Assembly: GCA_030587475.2 (NCBI GenBank)
Contig: JAUQYZ020000060.1
Span: 1 to 18,241, forward strand
Length of the DNA: 18,241 bases
Reading direction: 5' to 3'
Source: Candidatus Sigynarchaeum calidifontis
Lineage (GTDB): Archaea > Asgardarchaeota > Lokiarchaeia > Sigyniarchaeales > Sigyniarchaeaceae
Under the pieces are notes generated by a model that was not told the DNA's origin, did not search any database, and saw nothing but the letters and a program-made list of their open reading frames with translations. The position numbers and the translations under genes are program-made. Numbering within the stretch: position 1 is the first letter of the stretch; the number at the start of each line of letters is the position of its first letter. This document shows positions 15,617 through 18,241 of this stretch, one piece after another.

Positions 15617-16879
15617 GTGGCTGAAATCGTGAAACCGACAGAGGCGCAAGCCCGCTGGCAAGATGACGAGTTCGGTATCTTCGTTCATTTTGGCTTGAAC
15701 ACGTTCAACAACCGGGAATGGTCGGACGGGACTTGCAGCCTGGATACATTCAACCCGACGCGTCTCGACTGCGAGCAATGGGTCACCGTTGCCAAGGACG
15801 CCGGCGCCAAGTACATGGTGCTCGTCTGCAAGCACCACGACGGTTTCTGCTTGTGGCAGACCAGGACCACGGAATACTGCGTCCGGAACACGCCGTGGAA
15901 AGAGGGCAAGGGCGACGTCGTTGCAGAGTTCGTCGCCGCTTGCCGGAAGCACGGCATGCAGTTCGGATTTTATCTCTCGCCCTGGGATCGACACGAGCCC
16001 CGGTACAAGGACAAGGAGGCATATGACAAGTTTTACGCTGCCCAGCTCGAGGAACTGCTCACGAGCTATGCAAACCCCGGGGAGGTTTACGAGCTCTGGT
16101 TCGACGGCGCGGGCAGCACGGGCCGGGTCTATGATTGGCCCGCATTCATGGGCATCGTCAAGAAGTATCAGCCAAACGCGATGATCTTCAACATGGGCGA
16201 TCTCACGATCCGCTGGGTTGGAAACGAGAATGGGATCGCGCCGTACCCGACATGGAACGTCGTGAGGGCGGGTGACGGGGAAAATTCATCCCACGAAAAT
16301 GTAAATGCGGATGGAAAGGGTGACAAGTGGATCCCTGCCGAGTGCGACGTGCCGATCCACCACCGGCATTGGTTCCACCACACCGGAGCGTGGGGCGTGC
16401 TATACCACTTCGCGCTGTTCTCGAAAAAGAAGCTCGTCGAGATCTACGAGAAATCGGTCGGCCACGGTACCAATCTTTTGCTTAACCTGGCGCCTACCAA
16501 GGAGGGCTTGTTCAGCAATCGAGACATCGCGCGGCTCGGGGAAATGGCCAGGGAGATTCGACGCCGCTATGGCACCCCGATCGCGGAAACATCTGGCAGA
16601 GGGCATGAAATCGTGCTGGATCTAAAGGAACCAAGGAAGGTAACTGCCATCGTGCTGCAAGAAGACATCAGGCAAGGGGAGCGGGTCAGGGAATATAATC
16701 TACAAGCCATGCTCGATGATGGTTGGAAGCGACTACAGCTCCAGGAACCTGGCATCGCGATAGGGCATAAAAAGATCGACAAGCTCGTCGTGCCGGTGAA
16801 AACGAGGGCGATCAAGCTGGTCGTCACGAAATCCATCGCCGAGCCGATCATCAAATCGTTCAGCGCCTATCAGTACTGA
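15617..16879 (+). CDS. GH29 alpha-L-fucosidase with a C-terminal beta-sandwich (F5/8-like) domain
   Basis: FVHFGLNTF, KHHDGFCLW, YLSPWD, LWFDGAG (nucleophile), RWVGNE and PAECDV motifs. No signal peptide. Confidence 0.93.
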   Translation: MAEIVKPTEAQARWQDDEFGIFVHFGLNTFNNREWSDGTCSLDTFNPTRLDCEQWVTVAKDAGAKYMVLVCKHHDGFCLWQTRTTEYCVRNTPWKEGKGDVVAEFVAACRKHGMQFGFYLSPWDRHEPRYKDKEAYDKFYAAQLEELLTSYANPGEVYELWFDGAGSTGRVYDWPAFMGIVKKYQPNAMIFNMGDLTIRWVGNENGIAPYPTWNVVRAGDGENSSHENVNADGKGDKWIPAECDVPIHHRHWFHHTGAWGVLYHFALFSKKKLVEIYEKSVGHGTNLLLNLAPTKEGLFSNRDIARLGEMAREIRRRYGTPIAETSGRGHEIVLDLKEPRKVTAIVLQEDIRQGERVREYNLQAMLDDGWKRLQLQEPGIAIGHKKIDKLVVPVKTRAIKLVVTKSIAEPIIKSFSAYQY

Positions 16880-16894
16880 TACGAAGTATCAGTA
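16874..16894. terminator. Hairpin between convergent genes
   Basis: TACTGATAC-GAA-GTATCAGTA, a 9-bp perfect stem at the GH29 stop, facing the amidohydrolase stop. Confidence 0.5.
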
Positions 16895-16922
16895 TAACAA
16901 CGTTGACGCGTGGAAAGAAGCG

Positions 16923-18241
16923 TCAGCCGCGCGAAAAAAACAACCGTTTCGGGTTCGAGTAGAGGAGTTGCTCGGCGAGTTGGACCGCGTCGGCCTCGCT
17001 GGTCACGTGCCCGCGATCATGGAGATCCTCGATTGCCCGGATCACGACGTCCTTGGCCATGAGTAAAGCGCCATAGCTACCCTCCGCGGCCCGGCAGTCG
17101 CCGCCAAACACGCTTGTCCTGAACGCCGGTGTCGCATCATCCTCGCGGCCAGCCATGTGCCCGCCGACCTCGACGAGTTCCACGAGCGTCCTGACGGCTG
17201 CTGTCGGCGAGATGATAGGAAGCCAGCACAAGTCGGCATACACGTTCGGGATCTGGTGTAACATTCCAGCGAGATTGTTATACGGGAAGTTCCCGTGGAA
17301 AAGGTCGAATTTCAAGTCGGGGAACTTCTCGAACACGTGGCTCGCGTTGATCGCGTTGGAATCCCCGTACAGCATCCGTGCAAGGCCGGTATGCATTTGC
17401 ACGGGCACCCGCCAGTGCATGGCCGTCCACTCCAGGATGTAGTGAAACATGTAATCCCCGAACTTCCATAGATCTTCCTGGCTATAGCCAGGCTTGTTGT
17501 ACAAGGTCGCGACCTTGGACACGTCATCGTCAGGCTCGGGGAAGTGTAATGGCCTCGTGTATGCACACTGGTTCTTGTGGCACATGTAGTTCCCGCTAGT
17601 TTTGAAATACTCGAGCAGCTTTCTCGTCGCTTCGACGTAATCTTCGAACGTTTTGAAATCGGATGCTTGCATGTGCAAGTGGCTCGCGGCAAACTTGTAT
17701 ACCAGGCTGGACGCGGGCGTGATCGTCTTCGGCACCTGGATGCCATCCAGTATCTGGGGAAGCGGGGCAGCAGCCTTGAAGGCCGGTATCTTTTTGCTAG
17801 ACTCGACATGCTCCTCAAAGCCGATGTTGAGGATCGCGGCCTCGACGTGCATCTTGTTCTCGAAGATGTCCTTCACGTGGCCCACGGGATCGCTTGCATA
17901 CGCCTCTTTCAGCAAGGTCTCGAGCTTCTCGAGATAATCCTTTGTCATAGGTGGTTCGAGCCCGTAGAGCTCGTCGATCGCCCAGGCCATGCTTTTATAA
18001 TAACCCGTGTGCTTGTACTTGTTCATCTGCACGAGCCATTCCTTGTAAGCCCCGGGTTTTTCCACGACAGGAGACAAGTAAGATCCGTTGAAAACGTGTG
18101 GCAGCATGACTCCAGTTTTTTCGATGACCTCGGGCCACTGGTTTGGAGGCGTGATATGCTCGTGCGTGTCGATGACCTTCACGTGCTCCAGCTCGACCCA
18201 CAGCCTGTTGTAGAAAGACGAGCAACGTTCGCGCGATTTAG
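16923..18241 (-). CDS. Amidohydrolase-superfamily metalloprotein; 5' end outside the window
   Basis: IDTHEH, QMHTG, DLFHG, YADLCW and FGGD motifs. The frame stays open upstream of the track's GTG to the window edge (..KSRERCSSFYNRLWVELEH). Confidence 0.85.
   Translation of the reverse strand, partial: KSRERCSSFYNRLWVELEHVKVIDTHEHITPPNQWPEVIEKTGVMLPHVFNGSYLSPVVEKPGAYKEWLVQMNKYKHTGYYKSMAWAIDELYGLEPPMTKDYLEKLETLLKEAYASDPVGHVKDIFENKMHVEAAILNIGFEEHVESSKKIPAFKAAAPLPQILDGIQVPKTITPASSLVYKFAASHLHMQASDFKTFEDYVEATRKLLEYFKTSGNYMCHKNQCAYTRPLHFPEPDDDVSKVATLYNKPGYSQEDLWKFGDYMFHYILEWTAMHWRVPVQMHTGLARMLYGDSNAINASHVFEKFPDLKFDLFHGNFPYNNLAGMLHQIPNVYADLCWLPIISPTAAVRTLVELVEVGGHMAGREDDATPAFRTSVFGGDCRAAEGSYGALLMAKDVVIRAIEDLHDRGHVTSEADAVQLAEQLLYSNPKRLFFSRG

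Noticed and set aside
8628-18225. Long antisense or alternate-frame ORFs (e.g. 9587..10381 -, 11728..12648 -, 14301..14873 +, 15018..15632 +)
   Set aside because: They are shadows of well-supported GC-rich genes and have no motifs of their own.

Overview
Archaeal window, most likely Asgard (Lokiarchaeia/Sigynarchaeota-like). This is inferred from a longin-like/Rab GTPase fusion, archaeal-style TATA promoters with GGTG/GAGG ribosome-binding sites, and an archaeal-style 16S 3' end. The window opens with the last ~100 nt of a 16S rRNA sequence (54-150), which is not colinear with a normal helix 44 upstream and is not followed by a tRNA or 23S gene. A degenerate second copy of that 3' end plus trailer lies at ~7411-7505. 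Between the two copies is an accessory block that looks AT-richer by eye. It holds a truncated coiled-coil ORF, a HEPN/MNT toxin-antitoxin pair, a 1260-aa SIR2-TPR protein and a ~290-bp direct repeat bracketing a GNAT acetyltransferase. Each repeat copy is a TATA promoter, a structured leader, a 37-aa signal-peptide-like ORF ending GGVSDPGC(M/T)IPG and an oligo-T tract. This peptide-GNAT-peptide module upstream of SIR2-TPR is the best candidate for an undescribed system (peptide signalling, modified peptide or defence). The longin-Rab gene follows. The GC-richer right half holds DUF998, a SAM methyltransferase, a membrane protein, sdaAB/sdaAA, an operon of KdsB-like / DHS-fold / degenerate KdsB-like / GH29 fucosidase genes, and an amidohydrolase cut by the window edge. 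All calls come from reading the sequence by eye; no searches were run.
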